Of a DNA stretch of 51,453 bases, positions 12,240-24,286 are shown piece after piece. Below the pieces are notes generated by a model. The model was not told the origin of the DNA, did no database searches, and saw only the letters and a program-made list of their open reading frames with translations. The stretch covers positions 607,899 through 659,351 of the forward strand of contig QPGO01000035.1 in the NCBI GenBank assembly GCA_008632985.1, in the 5' to 3' direction. Position 1 is the stretch's first letter, and every line of letters begins with the position of its first letter. This stretch comes from Psammoneis japonica (taxonomy: Eukaryota). The translations under genes were made by a program, and so were the position numbers.

Positions 12240-15200
12240 CTCATTTAAGGAACAGAGACACAACAGATTGAGGCAGATCCTGCATTGAACCCACCTCTGA
12301 TGGACATTTTTGCACTAAAAAATGCTGCTGCAGCAGTGGGTGCAAAATGGAAATGACCTTGTGCTGTGGCATGCTTGCCTTTTTGTTTTCCACATCATCA
12401 TGCTGCTTGACCAGCAGCTCTTTCTCTGCACACTTGTGTTGCCACCAGATTGTCCTCCTGGTCCCACCCCAATGCTGCTTGCAATTGTGCACTAAGAATT
12501 GTGTTTGGGGTTGCTCTTGCATGCCAAAAATGCATCAACAAAGGAGCGCCTCAATCATGGCAGGAAGTGCAATCATCATTGCTGACAGCGGTCTTGTTTG
12601 ACACTCCACTGATTGCTGACATCAGTTCCTTGAGGCAGACTGGAGCATTTGCCTTTAAAAATGGCCTGGTTCTGCAGATGCCAGGGTTGTTCAAGCAACA
12701 ATGCTCCACATTCTGGGCCAGAGATCCATTTCACAACTGGAGAGAAGTTGCAAGTCTGCTTCACAAATGTGGTGCACAACCATGAGTGTTGTTGCCGGGC
12801 TCTTAAAAAGTCACAACATTGACAATGTTTTTCCAACAGTCAAAGGAGTGCCCCCAGCACAGAGTGCAATTTGGCAGATTCAAGTGAGTGCAAATTGAGG
12901 TTTTTGCTGAACCTCATTCAAGGATGTGCACTCAGGAGTGAGATCTCCATCAGTGATTTGTGATTGAGAATGGGAGTGCAACACACACATTGCCTGCTCC
13001 AGTGACCCAAGTGAAGACCTGAACAGATGGAAGCACCCAGATGTGGATTCTTTCCAAGGTTCAATTTTTCCTTCCAAGTTTTGTTCAGTTGAGAATGACA
13101 AGACCAAGACCAGAGATCACCTTTGAAGGTGTTGAACAAACAACAAAGTGGCCTCATCAAGGGCATGTGTGTCATGCTCTCTGTCCAAGATAAGATCTGC
13201 CATGGTGGTGTCACCTTTGTGTCCCAAGTCAACAGACAATGGGGGGTGGGGGACAGTTGGTGGCATCCCTTGTGCTTGCCCGAAGTGTTTCTGATTGCGT
13301 GGGTGGAGAGCCACGGCAACATCCTTAGAAGCATCAATGGTGATCCAATCCATGTGCTCTTTCAAGTGAATTGCCAGATTCCAAGAAACTTGAATGCTGT
13401 TGATGCCTGCACCTCATTGTGCTTTGCAACAAGCCACCCTTTGGAACAATTCAGTGGTTTCCTCTGCTTTGCAATGTTGTGAAGGATGGTGGCTTTCTTG
13501 CATGATGCTTTTGTTCCTTTGAGATCTAACTCTGCAATCTTGTCAGCCATTTTTTGTTTGCAATGCACAGTGCTCTCTGCTGTGACCTGCTCACATTCCT
13601 CCAAAGTCAATGGAGTCACAAAGAAGCCAGCGAGTTTAGAGAGTGTTTTTGAGGCATCTGAGCAACAGTGTGGTCCAAACGTGTGTGCATCATTGACAAA
13701 AAATGAGTGAGGGTGTAAACTCAGAGTGTGTCAAAGGTCAGCCAACTTGACAGACCGGTCAGGTTTGTGGTGCAAACAGCACTTTTTTGCAGCAGCTGAG
13801 GAAAATTGCAACAGGTCTCTGTCCAAGCATTTGGCCAACTCATGATCCGGGATGTCCAGCTCAAGAAGATGGGTTGATCTCTCTGACACTGTGCAGCTCT
13901 CCAGCACTGGGCCAATGACATTCAAGCAAGCTGTGACTTGTGGTTTGGAGGATGCTTGAACATCCTGAAAAGCTGCTCTGGGAAGGTCAACCATTGGGTC
14001 ACCAAACAGAAAGGCCTTGCATCCACCAAAGCCAGTGGCAGCCAAAGCACCAGGGGTGGCAAGAACACAGTCAAGTTGCTTGGAACCTCTGGTGCAGGTG
14101 GAAAAAGCTGCACCACCCATGAGGTGAAAGAGCACATGTGAAAGATTGCATTGTTGGGGGCAAGAGCAGACAAGGAGTCTGCATCTGTGGCAAAATTGGT
14201 GTTGTCCTGGCTCTTCCTTCAGCTTCATTGACTTGAGCTTGTTCACACCAAACAGAGAGCCAAAACAGCAGATAAGCACAACTTGGTCATGACCAACTTG
14301 AAAACCACAGGCCCATGTGTTGGACTGTTGATGTGCTTTTGCATGTCACCATGCAAGGCAGCTCCAATTGAATTGAGAAAAAACTTGGCTCTGACCACAA
14401 CAATTTCTGTTGATTGCACTGGTTGCCATTCACAAGCAATTCTTGCATGTGATCCTGAATCCCTTGCAGGTCCAATGGGCTGCAATCCATCACAAGATTC
14501 AACTCTTGAGGTGCCCAGTCATCACATCATTCATCTGGACATGGAATGCCAAGTCTGCACCACTCATGAGAAGATGCTTGCAAACAGAGTTGGCCCAACT
14601 GATGAGAGTCACCTTGTTGTTCTTGTTGGTGTTGATTTTTGACTCCAAACCCTTGGTGCAACAAGACATGATCATCATTGAATGACTCCAAAATGACGGT
14701 CATTGGCAGTGCAGACTGTGTGGCACAGCATTGATGTTGATGACTTTTGGACCACCAGTCCAAGCAATTGAAGAACAATCAACACAGTGGTTGTGCTTGA
14801 TTTGCCTCAAGAAGCCAAAGAGAAGCAACCTTGAGATCAACTTTCAGGCTCAATGCTGGAATTGTCTAATGTGTCATTCCCAAATGAGCCAGCTTCTGCA
14901 TTGCCAATGAGAGTGCCTCTTGATCCTGCTGAACAATCACTCATTTTGGAGGAAAATCAGAGGTTTTGCTTTGCATCAACTTGATGGACTCAATTCAAAG
15001 CAATGATGACACTTGAGCTCACAACCATGGAAATGAGCTAAAATGGAGCAGCACAACAAGCTGAAGCAACAACAACTGTCTTGAGCTCAAAAAGCACCAA
15101 CAGCTGCTGCTTTCAAAAAGCAATCCTGGTCCTCACAAATGTGAAAAATCCACAAGAAGTGAGAGAAGGATGGAGAAGGTCCCAAACGCACCCCCCAAAA

Positions 15201-15950
15201 AAGCCAGCTGGAAAAAAGACAGTTTTCCATGCCATGTCCATGAAAGAAATGAAGGATGGACAATGACCAAGATGAAGCTGGTCATGGAGGACCAAAAAGG
15301 ACCAAAATGACATGTCAGCAAACCTGATGGTCCATGAGTGGATGAGCAAGACCAAACCCTCACAAAATCTGATGGCAACATTGGCGTGCATCACAGATCA
15401 CAAACTCTCATCACTGGCAGAGGATGGCATTGTCACAGTGACCAAGGACATGGCAAAGGTGACGAGGCTGCTGGGAGGTGGCCTGTGTTGACTGACCTTT
15501 GCTGACCTGCACTCTGTGCTTGTTCATGCACATGATGAGTTTTTTGGCAATGTGCAAGGGAAAAAATCTGGCACTGAACTCTGGGCAGTGCAACAATCTT
15601 GCCAGGAATTGAGGCTGCTGTGACCCCACCTTGCAACAGCCGCAACTCTTCAGAGCAATCGACTCAGCAACACCACAAGACATGCAGCAGCAACCATGGG
15701 ATGCACAAAAGGATTAAAGTACAAGAGGAAGAGCAATCATTGAGTTTCCACCATGCCAGAAAAGGAAGCTGGGGCCGAGAAGCATTGAAAGAACAATGGG
15801 CGTGCAGAAGTGACAACGAAAGGACTGCAGAGGTTTCTGCGCTGCAAAATCCACCATCAAATGCAAGCAGCAGATGCTCTGACACATCACTGCAAATGGC
15901 AAGCATCAGCACAGAACAGAAAACAAAACAGCATGTTGTAGTAAAAGACA
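12240..15950 (-). mobile_element. Degenerate non-LTR retrotransposon (LINE; APE endonuclease plus partial RT), 3'-truncated
   Basis: Endonuclease: STCTRGSKQLDCVLATP (from TYxRGSxRIDY). Linker/RT: LHPRNQKHFGQAQGMPPTVP and GKIEPWKESTS...SGLHLGHW, then RT-start remnants down to ~12300. Assignment of 15000-15950 to this element is uncertain. Confidence 0.8.
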
Positions 15951-15990
15951 TCCCTGCCCATTAAGTGCAAAAGTTACAAGGTCCTCAAAC

Positions 15991-18900
15991 TCAGCGAAGA
16001 ATGTCCAAACCTCCCTCCTCGCGCGGAGATGTCCGAACAAATTCGATTTCTTTTTGCACCCATTCTAAAAGATCCCACTGTCTCTCTCCCATGTTCCATT
16101 TGAGTGACAAAAACAAAATGTCTTCAACATCATCTTCAACAAACCCTGCGAGAGATGGTTTCACCCTTTCTCCGTACAGGCGTTCAACTTGGGGAGCATT
16201 CACCTTGTCACGAGCAACTCTGGGAAATTCATCAACAAAGCATATTGCTGAGGTTAGCATCAGGGCAACCTCATGCGATTCCTTTGTGACATCTATGCCA
16301 AAGTTAGTCTGATGGACAGCAGTCAACGCAAAATCTTTCCAGTCAAAGCTGTGCTGTTCACCGCGACAAAAGAGCACTGCGGTCTGTCCTTCTTGTGTGT
16401 GGGATAGGTCCCGCACCACTACCAACTCCTTCACTTGTGGCAAAATTTCTCTCCATGTGCTTTCAATAACAGACGGGTCATACTCATCACCACCAAAATT
16501 GATTGATTTCCTGCTGCGTCCAGCTATGGTCAGCTTATTCTCGGTAAAAAGCCAACATCTCCAGTTTCATACCATCCCTCATCATCCAAAGGGGTATCGG
16601 TACCGCTGTTAAGATATTCGATCATCATTTGGCTTGATCGGAGAATAATGCTTCCTAGTGTGGCGTTCACTTCTTTTCGCGAATTCGTGCCGGGGTTTTC
16701 GTCGAGCGGCTCTACTCGTACTTCAACACCGTCACACAGAGTAAGAGCATCAGCCTCGGTAACATCGCGGCTTCCGATAAGGTGCGCTTCACTCGATCCA
16801 TAGGTTTCATATATCTTTACGTGTGTCCCGTCTTCGCGTGAAAAGGCAAGTATGGCTTCATCGATACATGCCGGTAGTAGCTTGGATCCAATAGTCAATA
16901 TTGTCCGCATTGACTGCAACGTTAGTGTCAGGTCTTCTGGATCCATATTGCTTACTGCGTCTACAACTTTGTCTAGTTGATGAGGAGACACAACTGCGGC
17001 TGTGGCATCATTTGCCAACAAATATTCAAGAAGCCCTTCTTTTTCGTCGTCTTCCTCCTCCTCCTCCTCATCTTCTTCTTCTTGGAACGACGAACGAAAA
17101 ATGGTATCAAAGATTGGCATCACGCACGCACCGAAAATCAAAGATGGAACATACACGTTGTCAAGACCCGCAGAGTCATCCATGCCGAGAGGACAGACTA
17201 TCTTTTCGCTAGGGTCGTGTGATAGTAACTTCTGGGAATTGGTAGCAGTGACAAATACAGCCTCATATGAGCTTGCAACAACCTTTGGCAACCCTGTCGA
17301 TCCAGACGTGAACGTCAGAATCGCTTCCTTGCTAAGAGGGAACGTCTTCGGTGTGTAAGGCAGTGCTGATAAATACGACTTCCAAGGAATGTCTTCTTCG
17401 ACCAGAATCATATTCGGTACACCTGGCACGAAGTCCAACGCCAAAACTACTCGAGTCGTGTTGTGACTATTCATGACAGATGAATAGCTCTCACTGGTCA
17501 AGCCATCGAGCACTATAACTGCGGGGTCAATAATCTCGACTACCTCGGGGAACCGGGGGTGCCACATCTGTCGTGCAACATTTGCATACGTGAAAGCATT
17601 CTTGAAACAGGCGAGCATGAGTACGTATACATCGTACTCGTATGTAGTTTCAGGGGTCACAGCGATCATCACTCTTCCATTTGACCTAGGTGGCATGTGA
17701 TGACGGATAATCGCAGCTGCACGGTCAGCGTCGGCGTGGAGCTGTGCGTGCGTTCGGACAGTATCTCTGTATTCCCCTGAGGACTTTCCAACAGATACCA
17801 TTGCGGGGGAAACTGCGAAGTTCTTGTCTGGTGGGCCGTCCAAAATTACAGACGCAGCGTGGATTAAGGCTTGATGTGAAGCTGAAGCGGCTTGATTCGG
17901 TGTAACATTCACTTTAGACGGTGTTCCCACGGATCCACCAATAATAACGTCTTGCTTCGTAATCAGGAACCGGACTACACGATTGCTCACTGAGACACCA
18001 CCGGGCTGGATCAAGACGTGCAAAAAACAGAGAAAAACAGGCAACCACATGATGCTGCGAGTCGAGAAGTTCTTAAATTCTCCCGTGTTGTTGGAGATCG
18101 CGGCTCTTTCGCTACCAATCTTTTTCGACTTTAACACATCCATGATACCTGGCTTGTTCTGGCAGTCGCTCCCATTTAAATCTTTTAGGGCTGTCCTTGC
18201 TACTTTCAAATTCACAGGCTCTGCCCCAATGCCAGCCATATGAAACCCAGGCCCCATTGCTATGATGATGACGCTGCGGCTTTCCTCAGTTAATTCGTTC
18301 CACGCTTCTGATGCCATTCGTAAGACTGTGCTTGACGCCAAGTTCCCGCCATCTCTGAGGCTAGAACGCATCCGAGCTATAGATTTTTGAGAAATATCAA
18401 CCGCGGTGTTCTTTTCCATAGCATCAACCATCTTGGATCCGCCTGGATGAATGACATGCGACACTGTGGTCATTGGTGCAGCCCCCATAGGAGACACAGA
18501 AGACCTCTCGCTTGTTTTGGCAGTAAGGTCCGCAGCAAATCCAGGCACGTGCTTCTCAACAACGTCACAGAGCTCTTTTGTAGTGACAAAGTGATATCCC
18601 ATTTGGTCGTAGTCAAAGTAGGAGACATGAGTCACGTGAGGGACACACTCTTGTTTTCCCGCAAGCACACGAAGCCCGCAAGCTCCTTCATTCCCATGGA
18701 CGGAGTGAATGCTATCTCTCACGGAATGTCCGCCCCGCATCACGCAAGCAGAGGCACAATCGCCGAATAGAGCAGAATTGAGGAACACACTCATACCTTG
18801 CTTGTGGGGCCGGAAACCAAGGGAGCAGAACTCCAAAGAGAGGATGAGTACGTTCTGAGTAGGGTTTCCCAGCAGCAAAGTTAATGCCATATCTAGGGCC

Positions 18901-20129
18901 ACCGCACTCGCAGCGCAACCCGCTTGTGTCACCATCGGCTTGCAGGTCTTCTTGAATGGCACAAGGTGCGTCAAGTAGTGATACAGATTTGGAAATGGAT
19001 ACGGCTGATGTGTTGACACAATCACGTAGTCAATATCTTCAGCCGTCAACGCGGCCTCTTCGAGAGCTTTGGCGATAAGCCCATCGTCACCACACAGCTC
19101 ACGCTGCGCAAGCTTGATGAATATATCGCGCTGCAACTGGGGAGTGATCTTCTGCGAAAGCTCTGGGAGGCCGTCAACAATAAGCTGATCACCTACTTTG
19201 AAAGGGGGGTTTTCCAAGGGGACAAGAAGAACGCCACTTTCAACAGAGGCGTGCTCGCCAGGCAGGACAAGCTCTTCGTTGTACTTTCCCGTAACTTTTT
19301 TCCAACTTTCATCGTGCGGAAGCACAGGAGGCTCAACTTTATTGTCGACCGATACGTTACCTACCGAAGGCTCGTTTTTTTCTGTACGGAACAAAAGTGG
19401 GTGCACTTGCGCATCCATTCCTACCTTGATGGCGTTTTCAACATGCGGTTTGTGCTGGTGTGTCGAAGAACTGCTTGGTGATTCCTTGGATCCTAGTTCT
19501 TTGATTTCCCGCGATGCGTCTAACGCGTCAAAGCTGTTTGATCTCCCCACCGGTTCGACGACTCCTTCATCACGGTCACCAGTTGTTGGTTGAACTACTG
19601 TGAATCCAACCCGACCAGTCAAGTTGATATCTTTTACGATGGCTTCCAACTTTCCCATCTCCCCCGAGTCTCCCAGCTCAAGTTCGACCAAGCTGATGCC
19701 GCCTGGTTCGCTAGTGAAGATGTTTGAACATTTCATGTAAAGCCCAAAGGCCGGACGCACAATGTGCCGCTTTTCAACTCCCATGGTATTGAAAATGATA
19801 TGAGACGCTTGCTTCAGTGCCCCCTCAGGGTCATTTTGATAGTTTCGGAGGATGTGTGGAAGCTTAGTTTGGATTGCCAGTGCAAAATCCTTGTTAGAAA
19901 CCACATGTTCCGGGAGCCAGACCGAGGGCTTGAACAAGACCGGGTCTTTCCAACAATCGTGTTCGTCAGACGCCTGCCTTGCGGCACTGTCTCTGTCGAA
20001 GTCTTCTGATTTAGAGCCGTGGTCGTGAGTCTCAGCCTCGGGTTTGAAGGTTTTTTCCTTGGTGGTTGACCGTCTGTTTTCCACTTGCGCTTCCGCCCCA
20101 AGGACGTCTTTCCCGAAAAGCTTCTTCAT
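15991..20129 (-). CDS. Type III polyketide synthase (RppA/THNS-like) fused to an AMP-binding acyl-CoA ligase domain; ~1379 aa if a 1-nt frameshift at 16546-16550 is corrected
   Basis: ATG at 20129 (MKKLFGK). PKS triad intact: Cys in TQAGCAAS (18915-18917), His in VIHPGG (18447-18449), Asn in GGNLASS (18342-18344). Also EFCSL, ALFGD and AMGPG. ANL motifs: TFTSGSTGLPK, YETYGSSEA, GWYETGDVG, then in the -1 frame IAGRSRKSINFGGDEYDPSVIE and FPRVARDKV. TpA, CpG and Tyr content are normal. Confidence 0.92.
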
Positions 20130-21044
20130 GGAAGGCGTGCGAGAGAATGGGAGAGTCCACGAGTTTGTGAAATGAGGTCGCGATAAAAGAAATCTCGATG
20201 GAACCTGCAGGGAGTAAATGGTGGTGCAGTTGCAGACAATGTGTGTGAGTGATCGACGCGCAAGTGGAACAAACCAAGGCTCTCCCTCGAGACACAAGAG
20301 AGAATATGTCTGATGTTTGCCTTGTTTGGTGACATACCAGTACTGGTTGCTTTGAGTGCACTGCTAAAACGAACGAATGAAATTTGGGAGAGGAAATAAT
20401 TTTCAACGCGTGAATCTCCGAGTGCTTCCCGCCAAAACGAAAACGCATCCAGCCATGTTGACGAGATGGCACAGCTTTCAGCTTTCATGCCATCCGGCCG
20501 TTATTAAATAAATAAATACTGTATCGAGAATAAAGGACCTCTATCTTTTAAGTGGAGAGGGCCCAACTGACTCTATAATACAGCACATACTGCATAAATG
20601 TACATTAGGTGCTGTGTTACTTACAGTAGGCCGCACTTGGGGAAACTTTCACACATACACTCTCTATGCAATTATATGTATTCGTGTTCGAATAAAATGA
20701 AAATTGGTGCGAAAATTTCACACATTTTTCGGCACGTGGCCTGATGATGCGTCAAAATTGGCTTTTGCTGACTCACAATAGAGTTGAAACACAATAATTT
20801 GATTGGCTGAAAATTTTTTTTGGAGGGACGCGGAGCGTCCCTGGAGGGACATTTGTCCCGCGGAGCGGGAGGGACGCGCGAAGCGCGCCCCCGAGGGACA
20901 GGGTGTCCCTCGGGTCCCTCGCAAATCGGCCGGAAATCGACGGGTTGAGCCGCCGACCAGACCGGTCACCCTACGACGGACGACAGACGGTCCGACCACC
21001 GCACTACCGCCGCTCGCTCGTTGCTGCTGTTGCACTACTATGGC

Positions 21045-21110
21045 CTCTAGCTAGCTAGAGTCTACCGTTTTCATTGCGATTGTTGCGATTCGTTGCGATT
21101 CGTTGCGATT
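21045..21110. repeat. 16-bp perfect palindrome CTCTAGCTAGCTAGAG followed by about four copies of TTGCGATT(CG)
   Basis: Read directly: palindrome at 21045-21060, tandem units at ~21074-21110. Confidence 0.85.
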
Positions 21111-21166
21111 GGACTTGCACGGCATACGCTGTCGGCATCATTTGTCCATAATGCCATCTCTCATCA

Positions 21167-22137
21167 ATGAAAAAGATGCTCCAACTGCACAGGCCCAGGA
21201 CGGGTTGGAAGTTGGAACCACCAGCAACCACTGCAGCAGGCACAATCTTCTGCTCGCATCACAACAATCCATACAAGAAGGACAAGTCCAGCGACGAGCC
21301 GAGCGACGAGGCAAAAGCGAGTGAGGTGGACCACGTCAATCGACTTGCCACTGAGCTTGAGGCCTCCTTTTTGGAAGATTCAAATGAGGATGAGGCAGAA
21401 GAGCGCGAAGACGAATCCATGATGCTCCAAGCATGATCAGAAATGCAAGACAAAGCAGACCAAACCGAAGATGGCTACAAGACGGCGGTCGCAGCATTTA
21501 ACGTTTTTGCCAAAAAAACAGGATGTCCACCAGTCCATCAGTTGGAACGAAAGCATCTGCGTGGAGAAACTCTCACTGTGCCGAACTGCAGCAAATTGAT
21601 GAGGCAATTCTGTGCTTTCTCAATGGAGCACAAGATTGAACGCGAAGGTGCTCGCAAGGGGACTCATTGGAAGCCCAAGTCGCAGGCACAATGTGATTCT
21701 GGTGTGCACATGGTGCTCAAGAAGAAGTTGGGGCATGGAGCACTTTACAAAAAATCCGAGCATGACGAACTCAACAAATCTCTAAAAGCAAGGGCCCGCG
21801 TGCGCTGTTTGCAAGTGAGGAGAAGGAGTGTCTCAATGGCAGCAATCGTCCTCAAGCAAAGGATGATGACAACTACATGGCTTGGTGGGACAGGGCTTGC
21901 AAGACATTGAAATCCGTGTCTCTCAAGCATGTTTTTAATTTGGTTGAGCAGCACAACAAAGCCGTGCCCTTGTGCAACAAGCTGGTTGATGAAAAGAAGG
22001 CAGCATCAACTCGCAGCTTCAAAGCCAGCACAAGTGAGGAGAGGAAGGTTGTTGATGGAAAATCCAAATTGGAAAACAAAGTGGGAGCTCTTGTTTCGGC
22101 ATTGGAAAAAACTGCAAACGATGATGAACAAGATTGA
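21167..22137 (+). pseudogene. Possible Crypton-like (tyrosine recombinase) remnant: N-terminal core-binding-like domain only, internally deleted
   Basis: TEDGYKTAVAAFNVF...LMRQFCAF...KGTHWKPKSQAQCDSGVHMVLKKK fits the T-x-x-x-Y-x-x-x-x-x-x-F...S-x-x-x-Y-x-S pattern of YR N-terminal domains, with Y->C. There is an in-frame TGA at 21434 and no catalytic domain. Confidence 0.4.
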
Positions 22138-22181
22138 GAAAGAGGGCAAGAGGGCGGCGGCTTAAAAACTCCAGTCACATT

Positions 22182-22421
22182 GACAGCAGATTAGCATGCT
22201 ATTTGCATCACCAGTGTTCATTGTAAGAGTCTCAAATTTAACAACCTAACATGCTCTATCATGCAACACCACTGGCAGTTTCGGATCGACGGCAGATTAG
22301 CTTGCTGTTTGCACCACTGGCATTCATTGTAGGAGTCTTAATTTTAACTACTACATCATATGCTCTATCACATGTCACACGACATACGATGGTGTGACAC
22401 TGCCAATAGTTTAGGATCGAC
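22182..22421. repeat. Two diverged tandem copies, ~106-bp period
   Basis: GACAGCAGATTAGCATGCT...TTCATTGTAAGAGTCT...ATGCTCTATC...GGATCGAC at 22182 recurs at 22288, with an insertion in copy 2. Confidence 0.85.
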
Positions 22422-23066
22422 CATTGGGAATCGAAATGCTGCACAACCTGCATCCTTCGTACACGCTTTCCCCAGTGCGCGCTTCTCCAAATTTGAAATT
22501 GCTGCATGGTTTCAAACAAAACAGAAATCCATAATTCACAATGACACACAATGGAATCAAAGTCATTGGATGTATTGTGCAATTTATGTTAAGAATGAAA
22601 TAAGCAACGGGAAAATCGGTGAAAGTATCATTGAGATATCACGCCGTAAAGTGGGACACCGGCGGCTCGCATCATTGTGCTGCTGCAGTTTGCTGCGTGC
22701 AAATTGACTTGGTGAAACTTTGTGAGGGTTTCGTGTCCCTTGGAAATTGTGCGTGTTGTGTGCGATTGATTATGTGTCTGTGTATGGCACTTGTATGCGT
22801 GTCGTGTCCCTCAGGAATTGGGTGTACTGTCCCTCTGAGTCGGTCTAACACAGAAAATACAGCGCATGGGAACTGAACAACGGTCCACACAGCTTGTTCA
22901 CTTCCTTGTTTTGCAAACTGTTTGTTGCGCAGAATTTCGCAATTAGAAAAACCTGGATAACAGTGCAGCATTGCAAAAACCAGTGATGCACAGCAAGTGG
23001 ACAGACTCCCAGCAACACTGAATTCACGTTCCCCATGATGACAACACTGTGCTGCCATCCAATGAA

Positions 23067-24286
23067 ATGGATGAGAAAGAAAGAACCAACTGTTCCTTGC
23101 AGTTGTTCCACAAACTGAGACTCCTCCTGTTGCTGTTTGCATTCTTTCTGGGTTGTCAAGGCATGATGACATCCTCACCTGTCATCTTTCCCCAGTCTCC
23201 ATCGGTCCAGGCAAAGAAAGAAAACAGCACTTCCACTCCCACTCGACTCTTGGTGGCCACCATTGTGGGAACCTCCAAGTTAGAAATGGCCCTGCACATT
23301 GAAGAATCCTGGCGGCAGTTCTTGGGTCCAAATGATGCACATTGGACTGTTTGCAATGTTGGTTGTTCCAACATCGCAGGCAGCTCCGTGGTCGAAATGG
23401 ATCCGGAACTGGTCCATTCCGTTCGTCCAAACTTTGAAGAAAAAAACTGGGGATGCCAATTGGCACAACTCAAGTTTTGTCATGCCTTGATTTCGCAAGT
23501 GCAAGAATTTGCAAAAGACAGCAAACTGTCTCAGTGGACATTTGTCAAAGATGACGACAACCATTTCCATGCCGATCGATTGATGCAATTGGCACAGAGG
23601 GAGTGGACTTTGCCAAGGAAAAAGCAAGTCTGGCAGGAGGGTGGCTTGGACAAAGCACAGAAAGACAACATCCACCGGGGGATCATCTCTGTGGCCCTCC
23701 CAAAGGCTGTGGTTGGCTCTCGGGAGGTGCCGGATGGTTGGTCAGTCAAGCCATGGCACTGGAGTTGGCCACCCACCTGCAAGACCAAGTTTTTGATTTT
23801 ATGCGACACAAACTGGAACAGTCCAAATGGGCCTTTCACTTTGACATGTGGCTTCCGGTTGTTGCCAATTGGGGTGGTGGGAAACTTTGCCATTCTCCTG
23901 CTTTGGTGCACTTGCAGCCGGGACAAACAACCTGTTTTGACCCGGGTGCGAATGCCACCTCCTTTGTTGCCCTGCACATGAAAGACTTTGTCAATGCACA
24001 TGGTGGCACAGAAGAGGCTTTGAGGAGGATTAAGACTGCATGCGGCTGCCCTTTGTGCCACCCATGGAATCATTGTGGGATTGGATGGCACAAACCAAAG
24101 GGCAAAATGCATCCGTCGAGCATTGTGGGACTTCTCAACAAAAAAGAAAAACAAACCTCCATTCAACATTTCTCCCCTGACTTTTTTCATTGGTTGGCAA
24201 AAAAATTAGATGCTCACTCTTTGTCCCAAATGTTGCATCATGACAAAGTGGTTGCTCTAAGAGCTGCATCCAGGAAAGAGTTTTGA
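23067..24286 (+). pseudogene. GT31 / Fringe-like (beta-1,3-galactosyltransferase-type) glycosyltransferase, frameshifted and hypermutated
   Basis: N-terminal TM helix (LRLLLLLFAFFLG), stem region, WTFVKDDDNH (W-x-x-x-x-DDD-x-Y motif with Y->H), then in the next frame WLSGGAGWLVS and HFDMWL. Frameshift near 23600. No Tyr remains in the two listed ORFs. Confidence 0.75.

Noticed and set aside
17040..17085. (TCC/TCT)n microsatellite
   Set aside because: It simply encodes the poly-Glu/Asp loop of the ligase domain.
19145..19750. Intein within the PKS insertion (CSNIF start)
   Set aside because: No C-terminal His-Asn followed by Cys/Ser/Thr, and no recognisable intein blocks.
20130..20297. N-terminal extension of the PKS ORF given by the ORF track
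   Set aside because: It starts at a non-ATG codon and reads like 5' UTR. The ATG at 20129 is preferred.
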